A stretch of DNA of 64,000 bases from Squalus acanthias (taxonomy: Eukaryota): NCBI GenBank assembly GCA_030390025.1, contig CM059432.1, forward strand, positions 139,502,001-139,566,000, given 5' to 3'. Of the stretch, positions 62,590-64,000 are shown piece after piece. Numbering within the stretch: position 1 is the stretch's first letter; each line of letters begins with the position of its first letter. A model generated the notes under the pieces. The model did not search any database and had not been told where the DNA came from. It was given only the letters and a program-made list of their open reading frames with translations. The position numbers were made by a program, and so were the translations under genes.

Positions 62590-64000
62590 TTAGAAATGAA
62601 TTGATGCAACAAGGGCATTATGACAAGTTATCGGTTAGACTGTAGATTACTAAAGGGAAAAGCAGTTTTGTCTGGATACAAATTTGGAAAAATAGGCATC
62701 ATACCTTGAGTACAAGAAACATTACCACCTTTTATAGTTAAGATATTTGTATTGCAACGTACAGAAAAGCAGTAAGAACACAAGTAAAGAACCACAGATG
62801 AAAACTACTTTTTTTTTAAATAACTACTTTGCAACAGCTGTGGGTTTGACACTGGCCTATCACCTCTGGGACTTGGGATCAAAGTGTTCTCTGTCAGGGT
62901 CGTATGAAATTTTGGCCAAGTTCAACCCTTTTTTTAGTGGGTGTGGGCTAACCACAAAAAACTGTATGTTGCCATTGTGACTCATCGCTACTGCTTGCAT
63001 CTACTATATATCTACAGCTTTCCATGAACCTGGAAATGCACTGCATACAGTATGAAATGATTTCTCTGAATAAGCGGAGATCTAAAATGGGCCTGTTCCA
63101 ACATTAAGCTACTGGGGGATATTTTTTTAATATTTGCTATTCTGTAGATATAGAGCAATGTGAGACAACTCTTATATAAAAGCAAGATGCTCAAACCAGT
63201 TCCAGGAGCAACTGATGCCACTGAACCCAAGAAGTTATCTACAGACCAGAATTTGTGTAACAAGTGCTATAATGAACTATCTGCCTAACGTGGTTCTATG
63301 CACACATAGCCTTCAACTAATTTGCTTGTTGAAAGAGGGAATTCACTTTTTATTTTGATAATCAGTTTAGGTGCAAAAAGGGTGACTGGAGGGTAACCAT
63401 GAGTGACTACAAGGCAATCAATCAGCTTTCATCTCCAGCTATGGACAGTTTTCTTTCATAAACAAGGTTCGCCACAAACTGTAAAACTTTTGTTTCCCAC
63501 ATAAATGGTGACAACTCAATATTTTGAAACTGAAAAAAAATAAGTTATACAAATTTAATATACAACATTTCTCATTCTAAGCTACAGGGTTTTTTTTTTT
63601 AAGTGTGAGGATAAGGGTGAGTTCTGAGATTCAGCTACTTCAACGTTACTGCATTATTTCAATCTTCAAAAATAATACATTATGGGATAGGAGGTGATTG
63701 AAAGTCTTGTACTATGTGTTTTTAAATTTAGCAAAAGCCCTCTCCCTTTTGTTACTCATATTAACTTACCAATAAAGTTAGATGGTTAGTGTAGGATGTA
63801 GTTCGACAGATTGTACATTGGTTTGCCCAATGTTGGATTTCACAATACATAATAGAGAATATTATACCAACAAGCAACCAAGAAAAACAGGAGCTGGAAA
63901 GAATTAGCCAGCAAAATATTCGATTGAGTGGGCAGGAACACTTTGTTCGGGTAGGAAGGTTAGGTCCACATCAAAAAGTACTTAATGAGGCAAACTATTT

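Overview
This is eukaryotic genomic DNA, very probably from a cartilaginous fish (shark/ray), judging by the repeat families. Nearly the whole window is one + strand gene, the ATAD2 ortholog (AAA+ ATPase plus bromodomain chromatin regulator). I traced 27 coding exons from 2448 to the TGA ending at 60880. They join in consistent phase into about 1329 codons; exon 1 and the promoter lie upstream of the window. One intron needs a non-canonical or weak donor (candidate GC at 51119). The introns are packed with decayed transposons: four 1.6-4 kb CR1 LINE copies plus many 3' fragments, L2 fragments, Deu-domain tRNA-SINEs, older SINE relics resembling AmnSINE2 and LF-SINE, PIF/Harbinger-like MITEs, a Tigger-like MITE in the putative 3'UTR and a hAT/Charlie-like element. 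The most notable small feature is a ~94-bp insertion with an exact 11-bp target-site duplication in the last intron. It carries a minimal hammerhead-ribozyme motif of the Penelope-element type, in the sense orientation of the pre-mRNA. Exon numbering and repeat family names come from my recollection of homologs and consensus sequences, not from a database search; repeat boundaries are approximate unless TIRs or TSDs are quoted.
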